Shown: positions 1 through 12,600 of the stretch, one piece after another
Layout: every line of letters starts with the position of its first letter
Numbering within the stretch: the stretch's first letter is position 1
NCBI GenBank assembly: GCA_026023565.1
Contig: JAPETS010000023.1
Span: 1-64,000 of the forward strand
Reading direction: 5' to 3'
From: Cirrosporium novae-zelandiae
Taxonomy: Eukaryota
DNA length: 64,000 bases
Made by a program: the position numbers and the translations under genes
Notes under the pieces: model-generated
What the model saw: only the letters and a program-made list of their open reading frames with translations
The model's database searches: none
What the model was told of the DNA's origin: nothing

Positions 1-11
1 GGGGGGGGTGT

Positions 12-82
<71 letters not shown>
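1..82. repeat. Poly-G homopolymer at window start (probable sequencing/assembly artefact)
   Basis: About 80 nearly uninterrupted G at positions 1-82. Confidence 0.85.
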
Positions 83-83
<1 letters not shown>

Positions 84-886
84 GACGGACTAGGACTAGA
101 GAGAGAGCTCTGTTCTATATCATATCTTCAGAAGCTCATTTCATTGAGTGTTTTATGTAGACTTTGGTTTCATGTCTATCAATCAATCTATCCATCCATC
201 CATCCATCCAGAAAAACCAAACCAAACCAAACCAAGTACAGTAGAGTAGTTAGTTTAGTATGCGTTGCGTATGTAATGAGTATCTCTGATCTATGGATTA
301 GAGGGGTAATTAAGGGGGTTCTTAAAGGTTTTATGAATGGATGGTTGGATGGTTGGATATATATATAAAAATCGAATTTATCTATCAATCATCGTAATCG
401 TTGTTTCCTCCCACTTCTCAATTGTTTTTTTTTTTTCAAATCCGGGACATAAACTAAATAACCAAATAGCTAATATTGGATATAACATTCCTATCCATTA
501 CCCCAAAACGGTTTTTTTTTTCCCCCCCATTCTCATTTCATCCCATTTATTTATCTACCTAGGTATTTATGTGTTTATATACACCCAACCAAAGCAAACT
601 AACGTGGAATGAAACAAAATAAAGCAAAGCAAAAGCAAAGCAAAGGGTATCAATCAATCAATCATGAAAACGTTGACCCAAAAGTAGCAGAAGGCAGCAA
701 ATAAAAAATCGTAATTTTCATAAAACGCATTAGGTATGGGTTTGGGCTGGGGTTTTTTCTTCGATGCCACACACAAAAAAAAAAGAGAAAAAAGGGAAGT
801 AAGCAACTAAGAGAGAGATGTTTCCTTTTCCTTTCCTCCTTATCCTCGTCTCCCATCCTCACCTCTTATCCATCCCCCTAAACCCC

Positions 887-2707
887 TCACTTCGCAATCT
901 TAAAAGCCCCCCCCTTCCCAATCTCCAAAATATTCTCCTCAACCTTCCCACTCAAAAACCCCCTCAACTCATCATCACTAATCCCCGCTGCCTCCGGCAC
1001 CACCATCTTCAACATCATGGTAATTCGCATCAGGGGCATAGCGCCTTGGTTGGTCAACATGCCCTTAATAAACTGCCAGATCAAGTCCATCCGTGCTTTT
1101 TCTTGCGTCGACGATGCCTGCATGTTTATTTCGTCCTCGGCGAGAGAGGCGCGGCGCGAGGCGTCTGCGGCTGCGGAGTCGGTGGGGAGGGTCTCGAGGA
1201 CGGCGTAGGTGGATGGGGTGGGTTCGTGGAGGACGCGACGGGCGATCCAGAAGGTGAGGGCGTTGTGGATGAGTTCGGGTTCCATTTCAAGGGTGTCTTC
1301 GAGGTGGGAGGTTGTGAGGGTGGTGGTTGGGGTGGGTAGGTCCGAGAAGGCTGAGATGACGCTGGCTTGCCAAGGGGAACACGTTTCCTGGACTACGCGG
1401 TCGGTGAGGTCGAGCTCAACGGTTATGGTGCCGAGGGCTGGGAGCCACGTTAGCTTGCGGGCTGGCTTGAGCTTTTCGTATGCCGTCGAGTAGTGGGTTT
1501 GGATGGGTGAGATGGAGGGGGGTAGTCGGAATGTGCTGTCGCGGAGGGGCGGCCAGTACAGGCGGGAGAGGATCTTGGAGTGGAATTGGATTTGGTCGGG
1601 GCCCGGTGGGGTGAGACGGGTGTTGGTAATCGTGGTGTCGACGCGGCGAGAGTCGAGAACGTCCTTTAGCATCACTTCGCAGGCCTGGAGGGCTTGCTCG
1701 CCAGAGCGGAGCTTTAGGAGTTCGAGGACACGGATTTCGTTGTCGAAGGGGACTGAAGTGTCCTTGGATATTAATCTCTCGCCTAGGTTCGCCTGAAATT
1801 CTTTTACAAAAATCTCTTTTGAGTCGTATAGACTGATGAGGCTTCCTATGACGTCCGCATTTTTCGACTTCTTGTAGTCTGGCGCTGCGTCAATGGGATC
1901 GGGGACCCAGTTCATGTCGTCCCAATCCTCGACATCCGAGTCTTCCTGTAGGGATGCTTCCGTCATGCGATTTAGTTCCAGGGCAAGCTCTATGAGAGTT
2001 TCAGAGTTGGCTTCCGACGCGGTGACACTGGGGGGGGAGGAAGGCGACGATACATCTGCGAGGAGACCGCCTACAATTACTTTGACGGTATCGTCTCGAT
2101 CTCGTAGATAACGGCGTATGGGACGGGCGATACGGTCAAGCAAGACACCTTTAGGATCAAGGGTATTGAATGCGCGAATAATCGAAATGTAGACCTGTAA
2201 TATCTCAATTGTTGAGGCGCCTGGCTGCAGTAGTCTTTTCGATAGCTCCGCAGAGAACGTGGAGGTGAGATAAGATCGTGCGGTCGGTGTGGTTACATAT
2301 TGCTTCAGGTCTTCAATTGCCCCCTTGCTATTATCCCAATCAACGACTATATCGAAAAGTTCATCTATCCGTAGACGGCCCAGCATATTCACGGCCATGT
2401 CTTTCCATTTTTCTATGTCGGTAGAGGTTATCAAGAGTGCTTCGCTGGGGTTAACGTGGGATAAGACATCGATTACGAGTGTAGCATATTCATTTTCGAC
2501 CCAATTTTTCAAGGAGGAAACGGCGTTTGAAGGGGATTTCCATTTTCCTTTGTAGGTCATTCGAATATAATCCTGTGTGGCGGCGTGCATAACCACTGCG
2601 AAGGCGGACATGTCGACACTTTGACGGAGTTTTTCCCGGGCCTCATCAGGACCAAAATTGTTAGATAGCCCTAGGGCCGAATATGTTTCGGCCTTGAGTG
2701 AAGCCAT
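887..2707 (-). CDS. APC2: Anaphase-promoting complex subunit 2 (cullin homology + C-terminal WHB domain), apparently short N-terminus
   Basis: Apc2-typical motifs RLLQPGASTIEILQVYISIIRAF, LDPKGVLLDRIARPIRRYLRDRDDTV, WDDMNWVPDPIDA, ACEVMLKDVLDSRR, ILSRLYWP, RKLTWLPALG, FIKGMLTN; first ATG (MASLKAE) at 2707; single exon. Confidence 0.93.
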   Translation of the reverse strand: MASLKAETYSALGLSNNFGPDEAREKLRQSVDMSAFAVVMHAATQDYIRMTYKGKWKSPSNAVSSLKNWVENEYATLVIDVLSHVNPSEALLITSTDIEKWKDMAVNMLGRLRIDELFDIVVDWDNSKGAIEDLKQYVTTPTARSYLTSTFSAELSKRLLQPGASTIEILQVYISIIRAFNTLDPKGVLLDRIARPIRRYLRDRDDTVKVIVGGLLADVSSPSSPPSVTASEANSETLIELALELNRMTEASLQEDSDVEDWDDMNWVPDPIDAAPDYKKSKNADVIGSLISLYDSKEIFVKEFQANLGERLISKDTSVPFDNEIRVLELLKLRSGEQALQACEVMLKDVLDSRRVDTTITNTRLTPPGPDQIQFHSKILSRLYWPPLRDSTFRLPPSISPIQTHYSTAYEKLKPARKLTWLPALGTITVELDLTDRVVQETCSPWQASVISAFSDLPTPTTTLTTSHLEDTLEMEPELIHNALTFWIARRVLHEPTPSTYAVLETLPTDSAAADASRRASLAEDEINMQASSTQEKARMDLIWQFIKGMLTNQGAMPLMRITMMLKMVVPEAAGISDDELRGFLSGKVEENILEIGKGGAFKIAK

Positions 2708-3322
2708 ATTGAAAAGAGGGACAATTGAAGGAGTGTCAGGAAGATTGCCCTTCAATCAAAAGATACGTACATGTACATAACATGATGGACCAAAAGCCGA
2801 TGTTCGGTGAAGCACGCCTGGGACGCCAAGTCACATGATGATATTATTCATATAGATAAACCATCAAACCCAGGGCTGGAGAGAAGAGAAAGTACAAGGG
2901 AAATGGCCAAGGCTCTTGAACATCTCTTTAATTGTTTTCTTTCATAATAGTTATTTTAATACAAAGTATTGCTACTCGAATATCATTGAGGTTCTAGCGA
3001 GGCATTGAGCCTCTATTACATATGTGATCCCCATAGATCGGAGAATCCTTCCTCTCAACAAACACTGGCCCATGTTGCACTCGCAATGTCCATCTTGATC
3101 GAGTATTACCCTCAAATTGCAACCCATTTCCTTCCCTTGAGCCTTTAATCAATAGACTTTCCCGAGAACTCTTCCTTAAATGAGTGCAGTTATACCGCTA
3201 ACGCCGTCGCTAAACATGATCCAGGTAAAAGGTATCCCCAAAGGCCATACTAAACATCCCTAAGGTAGGTATCAAATGAAAGGTTGATATCAATAGACAA
3301 AAAAAAGAATCGAATTCTAGCA

Positions 3323-5830
3323 TCACCTCCATTTTGGCCGATAATCTGTTAGAGGAGTGCTGCATCTAGACATCCTCCTTGCTTTTAGAATGTCCTCTTG
3401 TCCCTGGCTAGGTGCTCGAGCTTTAGGCTGTGGGAGTAGACTCATTCGTTTGTGTGAACGCCCTGACTCTAATGAGGTGGACGGTCTTGGCGGATGTGGA
3501 GCAGGTGTCGGACTTTTATCCATGTCATTTAAGCCATTACCTGACTTCGCTCCTATGCTTGCCAGCTGAAGCTTTGTCTCATTTGATAATATCGACATGG
3601 AGCTCCGTTTTGACAACGGCGGCCGAGTAGACCTAGGCACATCCAAAGACGAGCGACCTTGAAATGGAGAAGGGGAGGACACTCTGTCTCGGAAGGACAA
3701 GGACGGGCGACTAAGTGCTCCAGTTCTCGTTTTGGGTAACGTCATTGAATAGCCATGTGGAATTGTCGGCGATGATGAGGACTGGGAGGCCATTGGGCTA
3801 CGTAAAGGAATAGAAGACGCCCGAGAGCTAGACCGCTGAGCACGAGGAGGTGATGTTGCCGACACCGGCTTGAAATTATGACCCACGATAAGATCATTGG
3901 TATTCGCGCTCCCATTCCAGCGCGGCTTGTTACTTGGTGTGCTTGGTGAGAGGCGGCGCATCCTACAAGCCGGCGATGGACTTGCAGTTTCCCTATGCTT
4001 TGATGCGAAAGATATGGTGCCATTAGCAAAGGTTGAAGCCGAACTTGACCTTGAACCTATTGATGACCGCGGTAGGTGGCTTGGTTTTAGAGAGCTAGCT
4101 GGCATACTCATCTGGCTTCTGCTCAAAGCAGGCCGAGAAACAGTGCTGTTTGAACTACTCCGCCTGCTTGATCCGTTGATGTAAGGGGTAGACGGAGGTT
4201 TACTCCCATTTGTCATAACAACAGAGGATGCAGGGGAGCTTCCGGGTGTGTCGGTCATGCTTCCCAAGGCTGACCGATCCATAGATATGATACTTGATAT
4301 CGAGTCTCGAAGTTGTTGATCCTTGTTGGCGCTGATATCATCGAGTGTTTTACCCATCTCCTTCATCTCATTCTGCAATTTCTCCCAGCGGGACGTCATT
4401 TCTTCTTGCAATCTCAAGATTTCACCATTGATGGTGAGCCGATCATTTACACCTTTGTCGATGATATTTAGGACGCGTTCGATGGCGGGACCATAATGTG
4501 TCTTTTTGGCTTCATAGTTCTCAATCTTTTTGGCCAGGACAACTGGGCTAGCCTGCTGAGCGCCTATGTCAATGGTTTCTTGAAGCTTTCGAATGCTTCG
4601 CTCGACGGATTCACACATCTTTTGAGCCTGTCGGCCAGCATTCCGAAAAACGAGAACCCATCTATCTTCGCCCAATTCCCTTCTCAGGGCCTCAGCATCG
4701 CCTTCGAGCTTCTTCCATTCCTTTTCCAATCCTTCCCGCCTCGTTTCTAATTCTTCACATGCTGTTGGAAATACAGACTCGACTCGTATATGGAAAGTAG
4801 ATAGACGCATAGGCAAAAAGTCAAGCGAAGCTCGTAATGGTTGCATTCTAGCAAACAAGGCTAACAGGCTCGAATCGTCTTGCGCAGTGTTCGGACTGGG
4901 TGACTCCATTGGAGACGTATCTGATGAAAACACGGGGGAAATGCCGAGACGACTGGTGGCAGTAGCAGGAGGATTGAGGGGTCCTTCTTCCACAATCGTC
5001 TCAAGTTCTATGATATCAATCCCATTAGTACCTTCACCATCGCGGTCTGCAATCAATGTTTTGTGCCTCTTTTCCTCCATCTCAAAAACGAGCCTGGAGA
5101 GATTGTCCATTTCCATTCCGATGTCTCCAAGAACAGAGTTCCATAGCTCCTCCCATTCCATGGCAATCTCGACTTGTTCTTTAACTCCTTTCAGTAACGA
5201 TCTAACTTTCTCCCACTCGGAAATTGTCTTGTCCATCTGCATGACCACTAGCTCAAGCTCCTCCGTAGTAACATCGTGTATGTCGTTCCGTGCTTGTAAT
5301 TCTTCAATAGCCGTCACATAAATTCCAACCAGAGTTTCAAATTTCGTAACGGCTTTATCTACATCCCCTAGGCCTTCTCTGCCCGCAGCTGCGGCCCACT
5401 CAACGTCATCGTCAGCATCTAACCCACTAAGAACTTCAGATGCTTTATGTATCCATTGTTGGATCTGTGCTGCAGCCCCACTCAAGGCTTTGGCGGCAGC
5501 AGGTGCTGTCGGTATAGCTTGAATACTCGATGATAGTGAAGAGGCGTCTGGCAATTTCAATGATGTAAGTTGGGCTAGCTGGCTAGAGAATGATACACGG
5601 GATAGAGAGTATATTGAGTTGGCACGGCTCAGGCCCAAGGGATTAAAATATGATTCGGCTCCCGAATGTCTATTCTCCGACACGTGGGGCGGAAAGTCTT
5701 TTGGTGGTGGTGGGGGAGGGTCGTCTTCAGGTTCATAATCGCCGCCGAGAGCCAGTGCTTGGATTTTGGATGGTCGTAATTCCTTTTCTGAGGTCATAGC
5801 CCCTTTATTGCTTTCGGGAACCGAAGCCAT
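3323..5830 (-). CDS. KAR9: Karyogamy / spindle-positioning protein Kar9 family
   Basis: 835 aa intronless ORF; KAR9-domain motifs LFARMQPLRASLDFLPMRL and LRRELGEDRWVLVFRNAGRQA; Ser/Pro/Arg-rich basic tail ending RPKWR. Confidence 0.88.
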   Translation of the reverse strand: MASVPESNKGAMTSEKELRPSKIQALALGGDYEPEDDPPPPPPKDFPPHVSENRHSGAESYFNPLGLSRANSIYSLSRVSFSSQLAQLTSLKLPDASSLSSSIQAIPTAPAAAKALSGAAAQIQQWIHKASEVLSGLDADDDVEWAAAAGREGLGDVDKAVTKFETLVGIYVTAIEELQARNDIHDVTTEELELVVMQMDKTISEWEKVRSLLKGVKEQVEIAMEWEELWNSVLGDIGMEMDNLSRLVFEMEEKRHKTLIADRDGEGTNGIDIIELETIVEEGPLNPPATATSRLGISPVFSSDTSPMESPSPNTAQDDSSLLALFARMQPLRASLDFLPMRLSTFHIRVESVFPTACEELETRREGLEKEWKKLEGDAEALRRELGEDRWVLVFRNAGRQAQKMCESVERSIRKLQETIDIGAQQASPVVLAKKIENYEAKKTHYGPAIERVLNIIDKGVNDRLTINGEILRLQEEMTSRWEKLQNEMKEMGKTLDDISANKDQQLRDSISSIISMDRSALGSMTDTPGSSPASSVVMTNGSKPPSTPYINGSSRRSSSNSTVSRPALSRSQMSMPASSLKPSHLPRSSIGSRSSSASTFANGTISFASKHRETASPSPACRMRRLSPSTPSNKPRWNGSANTNDLIVGHNFKPVSATSPPRAQRSSSRASSIPLRSPMASQSSSSPTIPHGYSMTLPKTRTGALSRPSLSFRDRVSSPSPFQGRSSLDVPRSTRPPLSKRSSMSILSNETKLQLASIGAKSGNGLNDMDKSPTPAPHPPRPSTSLESGRSHKRMSLLPQPKARAPSQGQEDILKARRMSRCSTPLTDYRPKWR

Positions 5831-7276
5831 ATAAGCCCAGCACCCTCTTTATCGATAAAGTTTCTTTCTGTTTGCAGGTGTTATTTAGGCCGCGACGTCC
5901 GTTGATGAATGTTGACTTGTTGACATTTGATTTTCGATGTCTCATGTAAACACGATACACTATTGCGACAAGAAAATTATTTGCCTAGCCCACCCGATCC
6001 TTCCTCTTGTTCCAGTGTGTTGTGTGAGGTCCTTCCGGTGTACACAACAAGATCGAGTCGTTTAGCCAAGGCGCAACATGCTGCTTGTGGGATTGTTGAT
6101 GATTGATTCTATCCGCGATCAACGACAGCGCGGATCAAAACGCGGGCCTCGTCGCACCAGGTCCTGTGGCGCCAAGTATCCCGGTCGCGCAAAGTGTTAA
6201 GGAAAGGGTATGCCTGTCTGGGTTGAGAGCTCAGTCGTTGTTTGTAGTTCAGGGAAGAAAGGAACTTTGGGACTCTTAGAGGACTTCTGCTGATGCGGAA
6301 GGGTACAGAAAAAAAAAGTGAGATGTTACCTGACTTGGTAAGTTTGTTTGTTGGGAGGGGGGGAGGGGGAGGGGGATCTGATTGCTGTATTGTTTAGCGA
6401 TTTCAAAAATCTGCAAATGAAATAATAATTGTCAAGACTTGAAGTTTTGAGTGTTAAAGTGTTAATCAACTTGTGATTCTGTCATGGTTAGGTTGGGGGA
6501 GCTTTCGTCTATGTTCAGGTAGCGGACGTCCCTGAGAGGGTGAGGCAGTTGGTCCAAGCAGCTGGGGCCAAATTAATTACTTCTCCCTTACCTGTCGTAC
6601 CTCTCTGTACACACCTGTACCAAGATAATAATTACCTAGGTATCTACCTACTAAGTACCTAGGCACCTAGGTAATTATCTAATTAATTATTAGTTGCCTC
6701 CGTCATCCCTAATTAGCTAAGATTACTCTTTCGTCTCCATCTTCCTTCTTCCCTCTTCCCTCTTCCATCTTCCTACCTAACCACACACACACACACACTA
6801 CACTACGCAATTGTATCAAAATAAGACATAGATCATCCCCCCCCCATTCGTTCTCGTACTTCCTATCGGATAGTCACTTTTTCCTCCACTAGAAAAAAGT
6901 CCCCATATATCTATGCAACCATGTGCTTAAGCCTATACCACAGTCATATCCATCATCCGAGGTGGGATGTCTGGTTTAGCGCCACACCACTTGGTAGTTC
7001 ACTATTGGAGAGAATTCTCTGGGACCGTAGGGATTAAGATATTTTATTTATTCGCAATTACTCACTAGACTAACCTTAACAAAGAACATCTTTGTATGGT
7101 ACAGTCATAAACTGACAGGTTAAAAGTCAAAGTCCATCATGAATAGGGGGTATCATCATCTCATCAAAACAGCAAAGGTATCAGCATAGGAGCCCATCTT
7201 CTTCCATCAAACATCTACAAAGGAAATCCAACAATTTCAGGGTGCAATGGTTTGATGTGCCTGCGTAGAGGCTTCA

Positions 7277-8755
7277 TCATATAATGCTCCCTCTCCTCTG
7301 TATCATCAAGTCCTCCGTCAACTCTGTTCGGACACATTGACACCAGAGAAGGAGAGCCTTGTCGAACTTCTTCCATGCAATGTCATCAGTTCCATGGACA
7401 ACCCCCATTACATCGACATCAAGTTTGATCTCCCATCTGATCTCAGCTGCCTTGATCCAGAATCTAAGATTTTCCGCGCATCGATATGGTTTCCCTGTAT
7501 CCGAATGATATTTTTTGATATCCCCAAATGGCCTTTTTGAGAGCTTTATCATAGCATTGTGTAGTCGAATGAGGTATAATCCATTCTGCAAGGCCGATAA
7601 AAATGGAGTAGGCGACGATTTGGCTTCTTCAGCAGGAGTCCATTGGGGGAGCGGTTCTTGCGACATGCGAAAACTTTCCAAGAATGACCACTCCCGTGCA
7701 TATTCGGAACCATCCCAGTCCGGGTTCATCCAGGTCCAGCTCCGGCGTTTTTCCACTTCCAATCTTTCCTGCCTAATTTCCTCCTGAAGCATTTCGTCAA
7801 CCCCGGAAACCCATTCTTCAATCGTAGTACGCTCAGTCGCCTTTAGACCCCCTGCAAAATTCCTTGAGGCCAACCTTTTCAAAGTATCCAGTACAGTAAG
7901 AAGTTCCTCTCGTACAACACGCTCGGATTTGATAACAGCCAGTCTTTCTGGCTTCACATGGCAAGTATAGTAGATCCTTGCAGCCCGTATAGCCAATGTA
8001 ACAACATCGAGAACGTTCATGCCTTGTAATTCCCATAGTGATTGTTCTGAAGTAGAATTAGATTGGTCCTCCTCTGCTGTAACTGACGCTCGTCTCTCCA
8101 GCATTGCCGCTTCGTCCCGTTGTGTTGAATCCAGCATCTGATACGTTGCATCAATAGCCTGTCGTAAATCGCGCCTTAGGGTTTTCATATCTGGCGGTGG
8201 AGGTACTTGATATGTACGATGACTGTAGGTGCTGACTGTTGGAGGAAGCATAACGGGCTCATTTTCGTCCCAAACATCTTCATCTTGATCGATAGGACTT
8301 TCAGTCATACTAGCATCTGGTATTGCGAGATTATTGGATGAGGCTGACTCCGACATCATTGGAATTGTTAAGGACCTGTTCAATTTCTTTCCATCTTTTG
8401 TTCGTGCTAGCTGCGCTCCTTTTCCATCCAGCAATCCGGTTCGGGCAAAATAGTACTGCAAATGTGCAATGCTTCCAAGACTCTGGACGCTTTCGCGATT
8501 CTTGGCAGACTCTGCAAACTCTGACCCAGTTGTTCGTATATATCCTTGTCTACGGCCAGCCGAGCCGGTTGATGATCTCGAGGCTGATGAATGAGAGGAG
8601 AAGCTACATATTGAGGATGCAGCAGAAAAGGATCGTCGATCTGGAGAAGCACAAGAAGAAATTGCTGGTGTAGGAGAGATGGTCGGAGGAGGAGAAGAGG
8701 AGCGAATGACGGGAATAGAGGTAGAGGTGTCCAAATACAACGAATCCTTCTCCAT
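7277..8755 (-). CDS. Conserved fungal hypothetical protein with C-terminal calponin-homology-like segment
   Basis: 492 aa ORF; SVQSLGSIAHLQYYFARTGLLDGKG block; C-terminal LQNGLYLIRLHN...AENLRFWIKAA resembles the CH-domain pattern LxDGxxLcxLxN...ENixxFlxaa. Confidence 0.7.
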   Translation of the reverse strand: MEKDSLYLDTSTSIPVIRSSSPPPTISPTPAISSCASPDRRSFSAASSICSFSSHSSASRSSTGSAGRRQGYIRTTGSEFAESAKNRESVQSLGSIAHLQYYFARTGLLDGKGAQLARTKDGKKLNRSLTIPMMSESASSNNLAIPDASMTESPIDQDEDVWDENEPVMLPPTVSTYSHRTYQVPPPPDMKTLRRDLRQAIDATYQMLDSTQRDEAAMLERRASVTAEEDQSNSTSEQSLWELQGMNVLDVVTLAIRAARIYYTCHVKPERLAVIKSERVVREELLTVLDTLKRLASRNFAGGLKATERTTIEEWVSGVDEMLQEEIRQERLEVEKRRSWTWMNPDWDGSEYAREWSFLESFRMSQEPLPQWTPAEEAKSSPTPFLSALQNGLYLIRLHNAMIKLSKRPFGDIKKYHSDTGKPYRCAENLRFWIKAAEIRWEIKLDVDVMGVVHGTDDIAWKKFDKALLLWCQCVRTELTEDLMIQRRGSII

Positions 8756-9693
8756 ATTGTCGTGGACTTCTTTAATGGAGGTAAGATGGGTGAAGAGGGG
8801 GCGTATGAAGGAGAAGGTGGGGGGAGTTGTCAGTATCTAGTAATGTCCTGGTGGTTGGTACAAAATCAAACAGGTGAGGTGAAAGAAAGATGTAGTGTCG
8901 AGGTAGTTGACAAGATTAAAGACATGGGTAACTACTAAGAAGTTCCAGAGTTTTGAAAGATCAACGTTATTTCACAAGTTTCCAAAAATGATCTGTCAAG
9001 ACCTCCGATTTAGGGGGGAGCCATCTTTTGCAGGGGTCATTCGGACGGAACACGTACTTTCCTTAGTTGTGTATATGGTGCTCGGGCTCCAATAAATGCG
9101 GATTTTTACTTTTTTTTTCTTAGCTTGCTCTTTCCCAGAAGTCTTCTACAGTGACAAAAACACTGGGTTGAATACAAAAATTCCTCAATGATTTCTTATA
9201 TCCCATCATCCATCTCTAATTCTTCTCAATGTTGACATTTATCCATTTACGACCAAAAGCCTCGCTTATTAAAAAGGTATTCCCGTACTTTATTTTATGC
9301 CGCGAAAGGACCATCCTTTGACCGGTTGTAACTTGTGGCTGTTAAGGATAGTCCCTGTTCGTCGGCAGCACGCCCCTTTGCCCTACCCAGTGGCCTCATC
9401 CGTTTGCCTTAAATAAATCTCCTGCACCGGCACTTTTCTGATATAGGCCTTCTGCAGACCAGGAATTTCCCCTCTCATCTAGAAACTATATATGATACAT
9501 TCCGTAGGATCCACCCATATCCATGTTTTCCAATCTCATGTAGGTAAGCCGAATCTCCGCCACTCGGCCCTTGCAGCTACCGAGCTTTCATTCCAACTAT
9601 GAATACCCTTGCAGTCGACCATGAAAAGGGGATTATTGGTACAATGATCTGCAATGGTCCCGAGATACATTTTGGTGGTAAGCCGACCGTTAT

Positions 9694-12600
9694 TTACTGC
9701 TGACTAGTGGCCTTAGCCGCATTGCCTAGATCGCGTACCAATTGGGAGAGGCTGTCCACAAGGGGCGGCGGTGGTGTCTCGTCACCACAGTTGGATCGCA
9801 AAATCTCATGAACGATATTCATCACAGAAACCGGATCATCAAGCGATGCTGGGTTTGCTGAACGCTGGAGTCGTGGTAAGCCTCGCCGTAACATGACAAA
9901 TCTCTGAAGTTCTGGGGTCTCAGCTTCATCCAGCCAGATTGATGGAGAGTTTGGGGTCGTAGGATTCTTCGATGCGCTCTCCATTTCTTGCGCCTTCCAT
10001 ACAACTCCATATGACCACAATGCTAAACCGGCATGGTAGAGAGAGATTGCATAGAACCCTCGGAGATGATGGGCCTGGAAGCACTTCGCAGCTCGTACGA
10101 TTTGTCCAGCGTGCCAAATCTAATATTGTTATTAAGTTGTCTCTCGAGGTAAGAGTAGGTTAAAATCTTACTGCTTGGCGAGACGCATGACTTTGAATCC
10201 ATTGTTTGGCTGAGAAATATGCGCCTCTTGCCTCTTCCCGATTTTCCTTACCTGCGAATAGTTGGAGTTCGTCAAACGACATATGTAAATGCATAAAAAG
10301 TAGCTCCAATATCAATGCTACCTCCGGAGCAGGTCCATACTCCCATTCGGAAGCTTCCATTCGAAAATGATGCAGAACTTGCAAGATTTCTTGATGGCGA
10401 GAATTTAGAACCAATGAATTCCAATGGCTCGGTTGCCCTCGTGATACGGAGCTAAGCTGTCGATGTTCCCAAATTAAGTGGCTGAATGCATGGAGAATCG
10501 CCAGGCTTGATAATTGCATATCGAGATGCTCCTGGGCTGCTGATAACGTTGATATATCACGAATACATTCAACTAAGGACGGAAGTTTTAGCCCAGCGAC
10601 TGTTGATTTTGATAGATAAACTGCTTTCCACTGTGCAGCATTCTGGGCTTGCCAAAGGTCTTGAACTTCTGGTAGAGGCAGATTCATCTCGGCGTAGGAG
10701 ATCAACGGTCCGACTTGGAGGGACATGGAAGCTTGTGAATCATGCAGAAACATATGAAACACCATCCTAGAAGAATTGACATTTTATATTAGTTTGAGAG
10801 AACACGATGTGGCAGACGGGCATACCTTTTGAAAGATTCAATCTCCACCCATTCAAGCCATTTTTGATGTAAAACATCTCCCTCATCGCTTGGTTGCGGT
10901 ACGATAGAAGTATATTTGGAGCGTTGGTAGCATCCAGCTCGACGCAACATCTTCAAAGGGTCAGCAACGGCTTTATTCAATTTCACAACTAATAATCGAG
11001 TATAGAGTTATGTGAACCGCCCATTAATGAGGTCCTTCGACAAGCAACAGTCCATCTTTCACTGAAGATCTGGGCTGTTGTTTGGGACCTCCAGCAGACT
11101 TCTAACCACACATTCTGTTACACATCTTCAACAATTACTTACTGTGAGTACTGGCTGTGCATGGCTCTCGGCAATCTCCATCTTCCTCCTATTGCCACTC
11201 CAAAGACCCATATCAAGACAAAGGGCATAGCTTTGTAGGGTTTGCAAATCCCTAGTCCTAGCATTATCCGCCTCAAACTATAATATCTTAGCGCCATGAC
11301 TTTTACCAAGTAGATATTCAACCGGGGACATACAATTTCAGGCATAGCTATTCTGACGGCCTCCTGCAATGCAAACCCGAGCTTGCGTATCGTCGTCCCT
11401 GGCGTTTGAATGGCGCCAGCAGCCGCAATCGCTGCAAGAAGTTCGGGTCTCTGAAACCCTGGCCGAAAGCTTGGGGAGTGAATCCATGAATCTATCTGAG
11501 AAGACTGCCCATCGAAATAACGTTGCATGAGACTATCAAGCATTTCCGCTGATGGAAAGGATGAAAGCACCCGCGGAACATTCGCAGGCTGGCAGCTACC
11601 TAAGACCATACCTAATATTTTGTCACGTGAACCAGATGCTAAACGTTCACCAAGGATCCGTCTATCGAACTCGGGATTATCTGACTGGCTAACAGGTAGA
11701 GATAGGTTTGGCTGCTCTGCATAACCATGATCCTGATGAGCCGGTATCCACCGGCCTAGAGATGACTTACGGAAGGCCTCGGTTCCTAGAGCTATACCGT
11801 TGCGATCCTTGGGGACTTCCTCGCTACTTTCAGGCTGAGGGGCAGTATTGAATGTTCGCTGGCTATAACCACTAATTGGGTCTTGAACAGAATCCAGAAA
11901 GCTGAAGTCTATTTCATTGAGGTTCCAGTTGTTATCTATTCCAAAATCCAGGGGTGTGTGATACCCCTGTAAATTTGGCATCCGTCCAAAGTCAAGCGGT
12001 GCGGGTATCATCACATCTCGAAGGAGATCGTGGAAGGTATTACCCTCGAAATCTAGTACAGTGTCATCAGCCGGCAAGGACGGCGTTGAGAGAGCTGTGA
12101 GCGAATCAGTCTCTGCACTATATAGATGTGAAACATTTAGAATTTGACTGTCCTACTGACCTGGATTGGAAGTTTCCGGCGTTGGAACCTGCACAACGGG
12201 ATACACACTACCTGTCATACTCCCATCCTCTGTCTGCACGTCGGATATCGTGGGCATGTTCGGATTTGATTCTGGACCAGATCGATCTATTGCGGAGATG
12301 TCAGCAATGGAGGTCATTATTTATGGCACTTGGAAACCTCCCTGGTATCTGATTTTGTTGTGGCTCACTTTTCGTTCGACCTTCTCCTGATGATGGCAGG
12401 CAGCTGATATTTCTCTGCCGGCATCGTCGACACGGTTTCTCCTCCTCGCACTTTAACTTTGCAGTCGCACAAGCTTTGCAGGCTTGGGTGACACGTCCTG
12501 GTTGTCCAGGGGGGTACGAGCGCCGTTGACGTTTAGGCTGGCCTGGCTCTGAATCATGGCCAGCAGCATGCCTCTTGACGAGATCTCTACTCAGGAGAAG

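Noticed and set aside
1..82. Poly-G as a G-quadruplex or telomeric element
   Set aside because: It sits at the sequence edge, is a homopolymer rather than TTAGGG, and is typical of two-colour sequencing or contig-end artefacts
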